Notes: a model not told the origin generated them from the letters alone. Counted from the stretch's first letter, positions 1-10,581 are shown. The stretch: 61,523 nucleotides of DNA from an uncultured Desulfobulbia bacterium (GCA_964439085.1 CAYTNB010000002.1:1-61523), one strand, 5' to 3'. Made by a program: numbers and translations.

Positions 1-417
1 ATGGAATATCAACCCCATTCCATAATTAGCCTTTGCGTGGTTGGGAGCAATTGCAAGTATTTTTTGGAGCGGCTCAGCAGCCTTATGCGGTAGATTCAAG
101 TAAAAATAGGACGCCGCCAAACGATACAGCGCCCCGATCTTTTCCGGATTCAAGTCAATGGCTCGCAGTAAGACGTTTACCGCATCCTGATAACGCTGTA
201 ATTTTATATAACAATGCCCCAAGAGACTGAAGGAGCCTGCCCGATCCGGCTCTTCAGCCACAATTTTTTCAAAGGCCGCAGCTGCCTCCTGCCAGTGCCC
301 CAGCTTTCCCTTACAGAAGCCAATATCATACCAATATGCAGGGTTTTGCGGCTCCTCATGGACAGCCTTCCTGAAAAAAGCCAGCACCTTTTTGTATTCT
401 TCTGCTGATAATCCCAT
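1..417 (-). CDS. TPR-repeat protein, runs off the window edge (not in ORF track)
   Basis: Manual translation from ATG 417 (in-frame ATG also at 519): MGLSAEEYKKVLAFFRKAVHEEPQNPAYWYDIGFCKGKLGHWQEAAAAFEK...LGHCYIKLQRYQDAVNVLLRAIDLNP...; typical TPR pattern, no stop before base 1. Confidence 0.8.
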   Translation of the reverse strand, partial: MGLSAEEYKKVLAFFRKAVHEEPQNPAYWYDIGFCKGKLGHWQEAAAAFEKIVAEEPDRAGSFSLLGHCYIKLQRYQDAVNVLLRAIDLNPEKIGALYRLAASYFYLNLPHKAAEPLQKILAIAPNHAKANYGMGLIFH

Positions 418-553
418 AAATTTGATCCGCTGCCCACAAACGCAAAAAATTAGCCCTTCGACAATAAGCGAACGATTGTTTTCGGTACTTGATGCCGCCC
501 CCCAACAGTTTACCGACATGATATAAAGTAGTGGGCCAGCCAGCCCCCTGGTT

Positions 554-952
554 TTAGGGGATCAGCAGTAGCAGCTTGCCATATTTAGCGCGCAGCCAAT
601 TAATGGGCGCATGTACCCTTGGGCGACGGATAAGATTTATCTCCAGCCGCCGTTTGCCAGGAAAATCTAGCAATGACATGCCGACTAAAATAGTCAGAAT
701 CCCCTGGCCCGGCGTAAACAGCATAATAAACCCAATTACCAGAAAAACGAATCCCAGAAGATTCTTACCAATCAAAACAATCAAGGATGACCGTAAACCA
801 TCTTCCTTAACCGTATCTTTGAGAAAATAATCGGCAGGAATTTTTACCAGAATAAGCGGAACAGCAACAAGAGTTCCAACAAAAGAAACAACTGAAAATA
901 TTCCCAGCCACAATAAATTATAATTTGCAATGCCCAGAAAGCTCAAAGGCAA
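554..952 (-). CDS. PGPGW-type small membrane protein
   Basis: Two hydrophobic helices plus MLFTPGQGILTIL...DFPGKRRLE motif. Confidence 0.7.
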   Translation of the reverse strand: MPLSFLGIANYNLLWLGIFSVVSFVGTLVAVPLILVKIPADYFLKDTVKEDGLRSSLIVLIGKNLLGFVFLVIGFIMLFTPGQGILTILVGMSLLDFPGKRRLEINLIRRPRVHAPINWLRAKYGKLLLLIP

Positions 953-973
953 TTTTTCACTTTCAGACTTTTT

Positions 974-1519
974 TTATTCACGATTCACCCGTATGCCAAC
1001 CGCGAAGTAATGGACGCCTGACCAAAAGGTCAAAATGGCTGTAATAATGACAAATAATGATCGCCAGTCCAGTAGTAAGCCCTGTAATGCTCCGACATCG
1101 AAGAAAAGGCAAACAGTGATAATTTGCATTAGAGTCGTGGCCTTGCCCACCAGAGCCGGTTTTATATTTAGTCGATTCCCCTTAAATTTCAGGATCACTG
1201 CTCCTGCAAGTAAAATCAAGTCCCGCAGCCAGACAAGAGCTGCCAACCAAATTGGCAGCCAACCCATAATGGCCAACATCGCATAGGTGGAGTTCAGCAG
1301 TAATTTATCGGCCACGGGGTCAAGATATGTCCCAAACTTACTGGTAAGATTAAATAATTTGGCAATAAATCCATCCAGGGCGTCAGTAATTGCCGCTATC
1401 ACAAAAATATAAAACCCTTGTTGATGCTCGCCAATCCACAGAAAGTAGATAATAACCGGGATTAGCAGGATTCGTATAATTGTCAGAATATTAGGAATTT
1501 GAGCTAAAACTTTACGCAA
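974..1519 (-). CDS. pgsA: CDP-alcohol phosphatidyltransferase (PgsA family)
   Basis: IPNILTIIR, TDALDGFIAK...GTYLDPVADK motif; start moved to TTG 1519 just after the serS stop. Confidence 0.8.
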   Translation of the reverse strand: MRKVLAQIPNILTIIRILLIPVIIYFLWIGEHQQGFYIFVIAAITDALDGFIAKLFNLTSKFGTYLDPVADKLLLNSTYAMLAIMGWLPIWLAALVWLRDLILLAGAVILKFKGNRLNIKPALVGKATTLMQIITVCLFFDVGALQGLLLDWRSLFVIITAILTFWSGVHYFAVGIRVNRE

Positions 1520-1523
1520 AATT

Positions 1524-2789
1524 CTAAAACCTGTTTTGGAAATAGGGCTGCAAGATAGCCGGGATGGCCACAGAGCCGTCTTCCTGCTGATAATTTTCAA
1601 AGATGGCGGCCAGGGTTCGACCAACTGCCAGGCCGCTGCCATTTAGGGTGTGCACCAGGGCACTTTTCTTCTGACCGGGCGGTCGATAACGGATGCCGCC
1701 GCGCCGAGCCTGAAAATCAAGAAAATTACTACAAGATGAAATTTCCCTGTATTTGTCCTGCCCCGGCAGCCAGACCTCAATATCATAAGTCTTGCTGGAC
1801 GAAAATCCTAAATCACCGCTGCACAGTGTCACCACACGATACGGCAGTTCCAGGAGCTGCAAAACCTCCTCGGCATCAGCCAGCAAAGACTCTAATTCAG
1901 CCTCGGAGGTCTCCGGAGTAGTAAACTTCACCAATTCTACCTTATCAAATTGGTGCTGGCGGATGAGCCCCTTGGTATCCCTGCCGTAGGAGCCAGCCTC
2001 AGAACGAAAGCAGGGGGTGTATGCCACGTATTTAATCGGCAGCTCCCTGGCCGCCAAGGTCTCCTGGCGATGTAAATTGGTGATGGGCACTTCGGCGGTG
2101 GGGATCAGGTAAAGATCCCAGCCCTTAGCCCGAAAAAGATCTTCCTCAAATTTGGGAAGCTGGCCGGTAGCGGTCATTGTAGCGGTATTGACCAAAAAAG
2201 GCGGCAAGACCTCTTCATAGCCGTGTTTTTGGGTATGTAAATCAAGCATGAAATTGATCAAAGCCCGTTCCATCCGAGAGGCCATGCCCTTTAATACGGC
2301 AAATCTGGCCCCTGATAATTTGGCGGCCCGTTCAAAATCAATTATGCCCAGGTCTTCGCCAATTTCCCAATGCTGCCTGGGTTTAAAGGTAAATTGCCGA
2401 GGCTCGCCGTGGATGCGCAGCTCCTGATTTTCGCAGTCGTCTTTACCGTGCGGCACGGAATCCTGGCAGAGATTAGGAATCTCCATGACAATATCCCGCA
2501 GCTCCTCATCCACCTGCGCCAACCGGGCATCCAACTCCTTAATGCGGCTGCCTACCTGCCGCATATCCGCCATCATCTCTTCGGTATCTTCCTGTTTCTT
2601 CTTGCGCTTGGCGATCTCCTGCGAAACGGTCTTACGCCTATTCCGCAACCCCTCTACTTCCGAGAGAAGCTGTCGACGTTCTTCATCAAGTTCCACAAAG
2701 CGGTCTATCTTGCTGCTATCCATATTGCGATAGGCCATTTTTTCTTTCACTAATTCAGTATTTTCTCTAATAAAACGTAGTTCTAGCAT
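1524..2789 (-). CDS. serS: Seryl-tRNA synthetase
   Basis: [53 protein letters not shown]. Confidence 0.98.
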   Translation of the reverse strand: MLELRFIRENTELVKEKMAYRNMDSSKIDRFVELDEERRQLLSEVEGLRNRRKTVSQEIAKRKKKQEDTEEMMADMRQVGSRIKELDARLAQVDEELRDIVMEIPNLCQDSVPHGKDDCENQELRIHGEPRQFTFKPRQHWEIGEDLGIIDFERAAKLSGARFAVLKGMASRMERALINFMLDLHTQKHGYEEVLPPFLVNTATMTATGQLPKFEEDLFRAKGWDLYLIPTAEVPITNLHRQETLAARELPIKYVAYTPCFRSEAGSYGRDTKGLIRQHQFDKVELVKFTTPETSEAELESLLADAEEVLQLLELPYRVVTLCSGDLGFSSSKTYDIEVWLPGQDKYREISSCSNFLDFQARRGGIRYRPPGQKKSALVHTLNGSGLAVGRTLAAIFENYQQEDGSVAIPAILQPYFQNRF

Positions 2790-2842
2790 GATTTTCCTTC
2801 TTTAATTTGTAAATAAGTGCCTCGACAAGCTTAGTGAACTTT

Positions 2843-3106
2843 GACGGTCTCGTAAAAAGTACCCAAAGGGGGCATAGCAATCCAATCTACTGCGTTGTAG
2901 CAATTTTTTAGGTGCGAGGCTATACATATGGCATGCCTCGTGCCTAAAAAATTGCTACGCCTCGGAGTCTCACTCCGTTCGCTTACCTGTATATCAAACT
3001 TTTCGCAGTCTACGCTCAGCTATTGCCCCGGTGGTTAAATATCCAAAAGATACAGCCTGTATGACAGCAAAAAAACAGCCTTCCTGAGACTTTTTACGAG
3101 TATATC
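2843..3106. mobile_element. Family A MITE copy A1 (holds one micro-module and a ~50 bp D-like insert)
   Basis: Ends gacggtctcgtaaaaagt / actttttacgagtatatc; flanks aacttt / aatttt. Confidence 0.85.
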
Positions 3107-3137
3107 AATTTTTAATTACCTGTTTTTATGATATTTT

Positions 3138-4340
3138 TCAAGCGGGATTCAGATATACCGTCACCTTTTCGCCACATTTAAGGCATCGGCGACGGGCCGG
3201 AATGACCAGCAGGGCGTCAGAGGGCTCCAGGTCATGGACGAGACGTACCGTGCGCCGGAATCCCCGATGCGAGAGTCTGGCCTCTTTAAGTCGCATAACG
3301 CCTGGTTTACGTATTTTAATATCCTCAGCAAGAATAGCCTGACCCTGATACGGTTTTGCGTGCCGCACCCCTTGTTGACGTAAGATGGCGGGAGTAATAA
3401 GCAGCGGAAACAGGGCGGCAATGGCGGGCGGCGGGCCAGGCAAGGCAAAATAGAGAAGGTTGGGCAGACGCCCCAGCAGGGTAGATTGGCCGGGCCTGAT
3501 CGCAAGGGTATTATAGATTATTTCACCACCTATCTCGGCAAAAGCTCTGGCCACCAAATCATATTTCCCCGGCCCCATACCACCAGTACTGACGATGATC
3601 TGCTGACCACCTTTTTTTGCAGCCCCTTCTTGACAATCCACAAGCAGCCTTTTTATGTCCTGCAAACTGTCCACCACCCGCCCCAGATTAATGGGTCTGC
3701 CTCCAGCCTGGTGAATCAGGCGGCTTAATAAATAGACGTTACTGCCAATTTTCTGGCCAGCCAGTGGCGTGCTGTTAATCTCCACAAGTTCACTGCCGGT
3801 ACAAAAAAACCACACCTCTGGCCGCTTGAATACACTAAGTTCTGCGAAACCATTGGCCACCAGAGCAGAAAGATGGCAGAGGGCGACACGTTCCCCGGTA
3901 TGGAGGATTACCTGCCCAATTTTCATCTCCGATCCCCGGCGGCGAATAAAGGACTTAGAGGGCAGGGGATATGGAATTTTTACCCGGCCAGCTACCTCCT
4001 GACATATTTCAAATGGTACAACTCGATCCGCCCCTTCTGGCACTGCGGCCCCGGTCATGATTCGTATTGCCTCTCCAGGCGTAATACGTGGTATTATCGT
4101 ATCACCAGCGGCCAATTCAGCAATAATATTAAAATTAAGCTCCCCGCCAAACTCAGTGCTGCCAGCTTGATTGGCAATGGCATATCCATCCATGCTGGCA
4201 TAATTAAAATGGGGTATGGGTCGGCAGCACTTGCTCGGTGCAGCACTGACCCTGCCCATGACCTGTTGCAAAGGGATGGTTTCGACAGCGCCGCTTCTCA
4301 CAAGGCGCAGTATTTCATTTTGAGCCGCATCAAGCTTCAT
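3138..4340 (-). CDS. moeA: Molybdopterin molybdotransferase MoeA family
   Basis: SMDGYA, RIMTGAAVPEGADRVVPFE, TGSEL, STGGMGPGKYDLV. Confidence 0.85.
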   Translation of the reverse strand: MKLDAAQNEILRLVRSGAVETIPLQQVMGRVSAAPSKCCRPIPHFNYASMDGYAIANQAGSTEFGGELNFNIIAELAAGDTIIPRITPGEAIRIMTGAAVPEGADRVVPFEICQEVAGRVKIPYPLPSKSFIRRRGSEMKIGQVILHTGERVALCHLSALVANGFAELSVFKRPEVWFFCTGSELVEINSTPLAGQKIGSNVYLLSRLIHQAGGRPINLGRVVDSLQDIKRLLVDCQEGAAKKGGQQIIVSTGGMGPGKYDLVARAFAEIGGEIIYNTLAIRPGQSTLLGRLPNLLYFALPGPPPAIAALFPLLITPAILRQQGVRHAKPYQGQAILAEDIKIRKPGVMRLKEARLSHRGFRRTVRLVHDLEPSDALLVIPARRRCLKCGEKVTVYLNPA

Positions 4341-4349
4341 GAATCGGTC

Positions 4350-4688
4350 TCAGCCTGGAGGCCAGCTCATTGAGCGGCCTCCCAAGACATGCAGATGAAA
4401 ATGGAAGACCGTTTGTCCGGCCTCCTCGCCGTTATTGACCACAAAGCGAAATTGCTCAATACCGTTTTCAGCCGCCAAATGCGCCCCAGTCCGTAACAAC
4501 TTGCCAATAAGAATGTCATCCACTTCTCCGGCATCGCCAGGACCTGCCAGATGTTTTTTAGGAATCACCAAAAAGTGCTTTGGGGCCTGAGGATTCAAAT
4601 CCCAAAAGGCCAACACCTCATCGTCTTCGTAGAGTTTATTGGCCGGAATATCTCCAGATGCAATTTTACAAAAAATGCAGTCGTTCAT
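4350..4688 (-). CDS. hinT: HIT family nucleotide-binding protein
   Basis: DCIFCKI N-terminus, GQTVFHFHLHVLGGR histidine triad, WPPG end. Confidence 0.93.
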   Translation of the reverse strand: MNDCIFCKIASGDIPANKLYEDDEVLAFWDLNPQAPKHFLVIPKKHLAGPGDAGEVDDILIGKLLRTGAHLAAENGIEQFRFVVNNGEEAGQTVFHFHLHVLGGRSMSWPPG

Positions 4689-4767
4689 AATTTCTCCTAG
4701 TATTTTTTTACTGCAGGAACAATTCAGAAAAAGCCAAAAACACTTCTAATTCATCATTCCCAAGCTT

Positions 4768-4930
4768 GATGGACTCGTAAAAAGCCCATCACACTCTAAG
4801 AGATGGCTAAGTAAAAAAATCGATATACAAGGCGTGGTGATTTCGCAAGGGTTTGACCCCATACATATGGTATGTCAAACGTTTGCGAAATCACCACAAC
4901 GCAGTAGATCGGACTTTTTACGACGCCATC
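4768..4930. mobile_element. Family A MITE copy A2 (no micro-module)
   Basis: gatggactcgtaaaaag ... ctttttacgacgccatc, perfect 6-bp flanking repeat aagctt. Confidence 0.9.
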
Positions 4931-5142
4931 AAGCTTAATAAAACGCAACTATTGGCAAAGCCTGCTTTTTCCAGGTCTTTTATTAACTGGCAAATTTTTC
5001 TAGGCATAACACCATAGTACTACTTTGGTACCACTCGATCAAATGGAGTAATGCAATATCAAAAAACGAATTTTTGGGGGGGGAATTAACTTATCCAAAA
5101 GTTACGAGATATTTTTCTAACTTATCGGTACAATAAGTTATC

Positions 5143-5257
5143 AGTACCTTACTGATTGTTTTCTCGGAGTCTACGCTTCGCTTACCTGTTTTTTAGAAAA
5201 GAATTTATAAGGTACCTAGGTAAGCGTAGACTCCCACACCCCCCTTGCGGGGTGTTA
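5143..5257 (+). repeat. Family B hairpin element copy B1
   Basis: agtaccttac..gattgttttct[module]gttttttagaaaagaatttataaggtac[module]...ggggtgttag; matches other copies. Confidence 0.9.
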
Positions 5258-5396
5258 GAAAATACACCAAGGCCGTTACGAAGAAAATATTTATTTTTAT
5301 GTATTAGAAAATCAAGATTTTCGGAGTTTCACTTACCTGTGTTTTTTGCAGTTAATTATTTTTTTCCGAGATCCTAAAAACAGTTAGGAGTGCAGC

Positions 5397-6647
5397 ATGT
5401 TCCAATTTATTCACGCCGCTGATATCCATTTAGATAGTCCATTACGGGGCCTGGAAACCCACGAAGACGCCCCGGTTCGAGAGATTCGGGCAGCTTGCCG
5501 CAGGGCCTTTGATAATCTTATCGAGATGGCCATTGACGAGGAAGTAAATTTTGTGCTTCTGGCGGGCGATGTTTATGACGGCGACTGGCGGGATTATAAT
5601 ACGGGCCTGTTCTTCGTCGACCGGATGGCAAGATTGATGCGGGCAGGTATTCAGGTTTTTATGATATCCGGAAATCACGATGCCGCCAGCCAAATCAGTA
5701 AATCCTTGCAGCTACCTGATAATGTAAAGGTTCTCTCAACCAAAACCCCAGAGACCATCCTGCTGAATGATCTCGGCGTGGCCATTCATGGCCAGGGTTA
5801 CAATTCCAGAGCGGTAAAGGAAAATTTGGCCGCCCAATATCCCTCTGCCCTACCGAATTATTACAATATCGGCCTTCTGCACACGGCACTGACCGGTCGG
5901 GCGGGGCATGAACCCTACGCCCCCTGCTCAGTGGATGACCTGTTGGCCAGGGGCTATGATTATTGGGCCTTGGGGCATGTGCATCAAAGTGAAATTATCC
6001 ACCAGGCCCCCTATGTCGTTTTCAGCGGCAATTTACAAGGCCGCCACATCCGGGAAACTGGCCCAAAAGGGGCGATCCTGGTAACGGTAGACGACGGTGT
6101 GATGAGCCTTGAGCAGCGGGAACTAGATGTAGTACGCTGGTCACTTTGCCCCCTGAACGTGGCCGAGTGCCGTGAAGTGGATGAGGTATATGAACTTATC
6201 CGAACAGCCTTTTCTGACATCAGTACAACTGGCCTGGCCGCCGACCATATCATGGCCGTGCGCCTGCAATTATTGGGTGAAACATCATTGCATACAGATC
6301 TGCGGGCCAATTTGGCGCATGTAATTGAAGAGTGCCGGGCCTTGGCCGTTGCGGCCGGAATTTGGCTGGAAAAGGTGAAATTTGCAACCAGCCGTCCGTC
6401 TACGTTAACGGTAGACCATGATTCACCCCTGGCACTATTGTTCCAAAAGATTGACAGCTTTGAAACCGATGGCGAACACTTACTGGAATTAGTGCCAGAG
6501 CTTGCCGCTTTGCGAAATCGCTTACCAACGGCACTCATCGATGCCCAAAAATTTTCACTGAACAATGAAAATAATGTCGCTGAATTATTGACCGATGTGA
6601 AAGAACTACTGTTATCACGGCTTCTCAATCCTGGAGTAAAGCAATGA
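5397..6647 (+). CDS. Mre11/SbcD-like metallophosphoesterase nuclease (YhaO-like)
   Basis: HAADIHLDSP, AGDVYD, GNHD, LLHT, YWALGHVH motifs; GGAG RBS. Confidence 0.9.
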   Translation: MFQFIHAADIHLDSPLRGLETHEDAPVREIRAACRRAFDNLIEMAIDEEVNFVLLAGDVYDGDWRDYNTGLFFVDRMARLMRAGIQVFMISGNHDAASQISKSLQLPDNVKVLSTKTPETILLNDLGVAIHGQGYNSRAVKENLAAQYPSALPNYYNIGLLHTALTGRAGHEPYAPCSVDDLLARGYDYWALGHVHQSEIIHQAPYVVFSGNLQGRHIRETGPKGAILVTVDDGVMSLEQRELDVVRWSLCPLNVAECREVDEVYELIRTAFSDISTTGLAADHIMAVRLQLLGETSLHTDLRANLAHVIEECRALAVAAGIWLEKVKFATSRPSTLTVDHDSPLALLFQKIDSFETDGEHLLELVPELAALRNRLPTALIDAQKFSLNNENNVAELLTDVKELLLSRLLNPGVKQ

Positions 6648-9600
6648 GAATCAGGTATCTTGACTTACAAGCCTTCGGCCCCTTTACGGACAAACACCTC
6701 GATCTGGATAAGGCATCCCTCCACATTATCTACGGCCCCAATGAAGCAGGTAAAAGTAGTGCCTTGCGGGGCTTAAAGGCCCTGCTCTACGGTTTTCCGG
6801 AACGTACTACCGATAATTTTATTCACACAAACGATAAACTCCTGGTAGGCGGCTGTCTACAATTGAGTGATGGCCAGGAGCTTAGCTTTATGCGCCGGAA
6901 GAAACGACTCGCCAATCTGCTTGATGCTGACGGCAATATCCTGGCGGCCAACGCCCTTGCCCCCTATCTGGGCGGCATAGCCCCGGACGTATTTGCGGCA
7001 TTATACGGTATTACCCATGCGGAATTGGTGCGGGGTGGAGAGGAGATTCTGGCCCAGAAGGGCGAAGTAGGCCAGGCCCTCTTTGCAGCAGGCTCCGGCC
7101 TGTCATCATTGAAAGAGGTGTTGGATAATCTCCAGGTGGAAGCCGATGAATTATTCAAGCCCAAAGGCAGTAAACCTAAAATCAACCAATTATTGGCAGA
7201 GTATAAAAAGCTCCGCAAAAAGGCTAGAGAGGCGGCACTGCCAAGTCGCCAATGGCACGACCATCAACGAGCCTTGACCACCGCCGAAGATAAATTAAAA
7301 GCCCTGGAAGAGGAGCGACGTGCCCTTGAAAAACAACGGCATGGACTCGAACGTCTGCATCGTGCCCTGCCACAATTGGGTAGACGCCAAGCTCTGCTGG
7401 CCGAGCTGGCAGGGCTTGGTGAGGTTATGATCTTACCTGCTGATTTTAGTGAACGGCGACAGACCGTTGAAAAGGAGATACATGCCGTTGTCCGCCAGCA
7501 GGAAATGGGACGTGGGCGGCTGCGGGAACTTGAAAAGAATGAAAAGACCGTTTCCTCGCCCTCTTTGATTTTGACTCAAGCCCTGGCAATAGAAGAGTTA
7601 TACCAGGGGCTGGATCGTTACCGTAAAGACCGCCGGGACAGGGATAAGCTGGACGGTTTACGAGTGGGTTATCGTATCGAAGCAGTTGATTTGTTACGGC
7701 AAATTCGTCAGGACATCTCTCTGCAGAATATAGAGCAATTACGACCATTTTTAAATCGCCGTCGAGCCATGCAGCGTTTGGCTGGGCAAGCCCCGGCTAT
7801 AGCTCAAGGTAAGAAGATGGCAGAACAACGTCTGGCCAATCTTAAAAAAGAGCTGGAGGCAAGTAAAACCGCTGCCGCCACAATGCCCGAGACGGAAGAC
7901 ATGGAGGCCCTGCGTTTGGCCTGTCGCCTGGCGCAGCGGGCAGGCAGTATTGATGAGGATTTGGCCGAAAGAACGCAAATCCTCACGACATTAAAGAAAA
8001 ACAGCCAAAGAGATTTAGATCGTCTGGGCCTATGGACTGGCAAAATTGCCGATATTGGCAAGGTACATTTGCCGCTGCCTGAGACCATTGAGCGTTTTGA
8101 TCGTAAATTCCAGGCTTTGGCTGAGCGAGAACGCCTGCATCGCCTGGCATCAGAGAAGGCGTCAGAGGACATCCGCACCAGAGAGACGGGGCGTAAGACC
8201 CTGCAAATGGGTGGTCAGGTTCCTACCGAAAAGGATTTGCAGAAAGTGCGCCTAAATCGCAACGAAGATTGGCAAAAACTGCGAGAATGTCTCCTGAAGC
8301 GGGAAAAGTCCACCTTTGACGAGCCTGTTATGAACGATATGACCATAATTTATGAGGATAAAGTTTTAACAGCGGATACCCTTGCCGATCGGCTACGGCG
8401 CGAGGCCGACAGGGTACATACATACGCGCTTTTGCAGAATGAAATTTTGAGTCTTCGGCAAAGCCTGGCTGATTTGGCGGCCCAGACCGATGACCTGACA
8501 ACAGATCGCCAAACATTGGAGAAGGAATGGCAGCGACAATGGCGCACATCCGGCATTTCTCCCCTGGGAACAAAGGAAATGCTGGCCTGGGCCACTGGAT
8601 TTGACAAACTCCGTTTTCAAATAGCAGAAATAGAGAACCGAAGCGACGAGCTACTGAGACGCAGCGCACTAAGAAGACGGCTGATATCCGATCTTTTGGC
8701 AGAGTTAGAGAGATACAACTACACCGGAGCACGAGAGGAGTTACAGGCTCCGTTACTCTTCGCTGAGGGTATTCTGGCCGAACACGATAAGCTGGCCGGA
8801 GAGAGACATCGATTAAAGATAAAAATCATTGAACTTACAACTGAAGTTGAGCAAGCTGTCGGAAATAACCACACAGCATCCCAGGAGTTGGAAAAGTGGC
8901 AACAGGAATGGCAGGGCATGGCAGGCGACTGGCAAAACGGGACTCCCCCGCAGCCCGCAGATGTTAATGATATACTGGAAACGCTGCGCGATTGTTTTGA
9001 TAAGATAAAGGAGGCCGATACCCTTGAGAAGCGCATAAAGGGTATTGATCGTGATCTGGAAACTTTCTCACAGGCAGTTACCAAATTAGCAACCACGGCT
9101 GAAGCACATCTACCTTGTGAGCAGGTGGTGCGGGGCCTCATGGCTGCTCTATCCGAGGCACGGGAGAATAAGGCTTTACTGGACAAATGCACGAAAGAGC
9201 TGGCGGCGGCGCAAAAGGAGATGAATCAGCTTGATATCCGTTTGCACAGCCTTTACGAGCTGCGGGCGGAGCTTCTTAAAATTGCGGACTGCCAGCCTGA
9301 CGAGGTCTTGGCGGCAGAGCGCCGGTCGACGGATCTTTTGCAGATTAAAGACAAACTTGAATCAGTACAGACAAGTCTGATTGAACTTGCCCAGGGGCGA
9401 ACTATTGCAGCACTTGAGGAGGAGGCCAAGGCCGTTAACCCTGATGATTTACCCGGCATGATAAGTGCCGCCAGCCGCAGGATTGGGCAGGAGATAGAGC
9501 CAGAAATTAAGCGGCTATCCGAGGCTGTCTGGGAAGGTAAGAAAACCCTCTCTCTCATGGATGGTAGGTCGAAGGCGGCAGAGCTTGGGGAGATAATTCA

Positions 9601-10129
9601 GAGCCGATTGGCCCAAATTCAACGTCTGGCCGAACAATATATCCGCATAAAGACCGCAGCCGGTATTTTACGGCAGCAGATTGAAAGCTATAGAGCCGCT
9701 AACCAGGATCCCGTTTTGGCAATTGCCTCAAAGCATTTTGTCACCTTGTCAAGAGGGTCATTTGCGGGCCTTAAAACTGATGAAAATAACAAGGGACTCC
9801 CGATGCTGATCGGTTTGCGAGGCGATAATGATCGGCTGCCAGTTGAGAGTATGAGCTCCGGCACCAGAGACCAGTTATACCTGGCACTACGCCTGGCATC
9901 TCTGCAATGGCGCTTGCGTGACGGTGAGCCCATGCCATTTATTGTTGATGACATTCTGATAAATTTTGATGACGAACGTTCCAAGGCCACGCTGGAAGTA
10001 TTGGCAGAGTTAGCAAAATTGACCCAGGTAATTGTTTTTACGCATCACCGCCAGATTGTCACCAATGCCCAACAGCTTAAAAATAACAATTTAATTCAAA
10101 TTCATACTCTAGTGCCTCGTAAACCTTGA
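6644..10129 (+). CDS. Rad50/SMC-like coiled-coil ATPase (YhaN-like)
   Basis: Walker A GPNEAGKS, long coiled coil, MSSGTRDQLYLALRLA, IVDDILINFDDER, FTHH; ATGA overlap with the nuclease gene. Confidence 0.9.
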   Translation: MRIRYLDLQAFGPFTDKHLDLDKASLHIIYGPNEAGKSSALRGLKALLYGFPERTTDNFIHTNDKLLVGGCLQLSDGQELSFMRRKKRLANLLDADGNILAANALAPYLGGIAPDVFAALYGITHAELVRGGEEILAQKGEVGQALFAAGSGLSSLKEVLDNLQVEADELFKPKGSKPKINQLLAEYKKLRKKAREAALPSRQWHDHQRALTTAEDKLKALEEERRALEKQRHGLERLHRALPQLGRRQALLAELAGLGEVMILPADFSERRQTVEKEIHAVVRQQEMGRGRLRELEKNEKTVSSPSLILTQALAIEELYQGLDRYRKDRRDRDKLDGLRVGYRIEAVDLLRQIRQDISLQNIEQLRPFLNRRRAMQRLAGQAPAIAQGKKMAEQRLANLKKELEASKTAAATMPETEDMEALRLACRLAQRAGSIDEDLAERTQILTTLKKNSQRDLDRLGLWTGKIADIGKVHLPLPETIERFDRKFQALAERERLHRLASEKASEDIRTRETGRKTLQMGGQVPTEKDLQKVRLNRNEDWQKLRECLLKREKSTFDEPVMNDMTIIYEDKVLTADTLADRLRREADRVHTYALLQNEILSLRQSLADLAAQTDDLTTDRQTLEKEWQRQWRTSGISPLGTKEMLAWATGFDKLRFQIAEIENRSDELLRRSALRRRLISDLLAELERYNYTGAREELQAPLLFAEGILAEHDKLAGERHRLKIKIIELTTEVEQAVGNNHTASQELEKWQQEWQGMAGDWQNGTPPQPADVNDILETLRDCFDKIKEADTLEKRIKGIDRDLETFSQAVTKLATTAEAHLPCEQVVRGLMAALSEARENKALLDKCTKELAAAQKEMNQLDIRLHSLYELRAELLKIADCQPDEVLAAERRSTDLLQIKDKLESVQTSLIELAQGRTIAALEEEAKAVNPDDLPGMISAASRRIGQEIEPEIKRLSEAVWEGKKTLSLMDGRSKAAELGEIIQSRLAQIQRLAEQYIRIKTAAGILRQQIESYRAANQDPVLAIASKHFVTLSRGSFAGLKTDENNKGLPMLIGLRGDNDRLPVESMSSGTRDQLYLALRLASLQWRLRDGEPMPFIVDDILINFDDERSKATLEVLAELAKLTQVIVFTHHRQIVTNAQQLKNNNLIQIHTLVPRKP

Positions 10130-10397
10130 TGGACTCGTAAAAAATCCCCAATCCCGTCATCCCCGCACAGGCGGGGACCCATAACATATTGAAACTACTG
10201 GATTCCCGCTTCTGCGGGAATGACGAAGAATAAGAGAATTATAGTTTTTACGAGATCATCAACCTTAAAGTGTCGCAAGATTACGAAGTGATTTGGCACG
10301 ACTGGCGGCACATAGCAGCGCTATGTAACGGAAGTCGTAACGCCATTGGTGCGTCAAATGATAAGTAAGATGCGACACTTTAAGGTTGATGAGGCAC
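10112..10397. mobile_element. Family C MITE copy C1, interrupted by A3
   Basis: Ends gtgcctcgtaaacctt..aaagtgtcgca / tgcgacactttaaggttgatgaggcac; TA on both flanks; body matches 21394-21552. Confidence 0.88.
10128..10260. mobile_element. Family A MITE copy A3 with a dRS3/REP-like double hairpin cargo
   Basis: TSD aacctt at 10122-10127 and 10261-10266; interior cgtcatccccgcacaggcgggg...ggattcccgcttctgcgggaatgacg. Confidence 0.9.
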
Positions 10398-10446
10398 TAA
10401 GTACAAATCAACCGAGCCAGGATTCGTAATAAGGCTAAACTTTTTT

Positions 10447-10474
10447 ATTGCACAATACTCGTTTATTGTGCAAT
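10447..10474. promoter_or_regulatory. Operator-like palindrome upstream of the MshEN gene
   Basis: attgcacaata-N6-tattgtgcaat, perfect 11-bp inverted repeat. Confidence 0.45.
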
Positions 10475-10581
10475 GATATAGAGATACGATAGTTTTTATA
10501 TCGAAGATGAAATGTAACTATTCAGCTAGGGGCTAAAATGGCCCGTAACTCCGTATCATCACTGTTTATGGGAGGAGAGTC

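Noticed and set aside
1-437. Track ORFs 33..230, 204..437, 214..408 and a suspected frameshift near 120
   Set aside because: They shadow the TPR gene; re-reading shows its frame is continuous.
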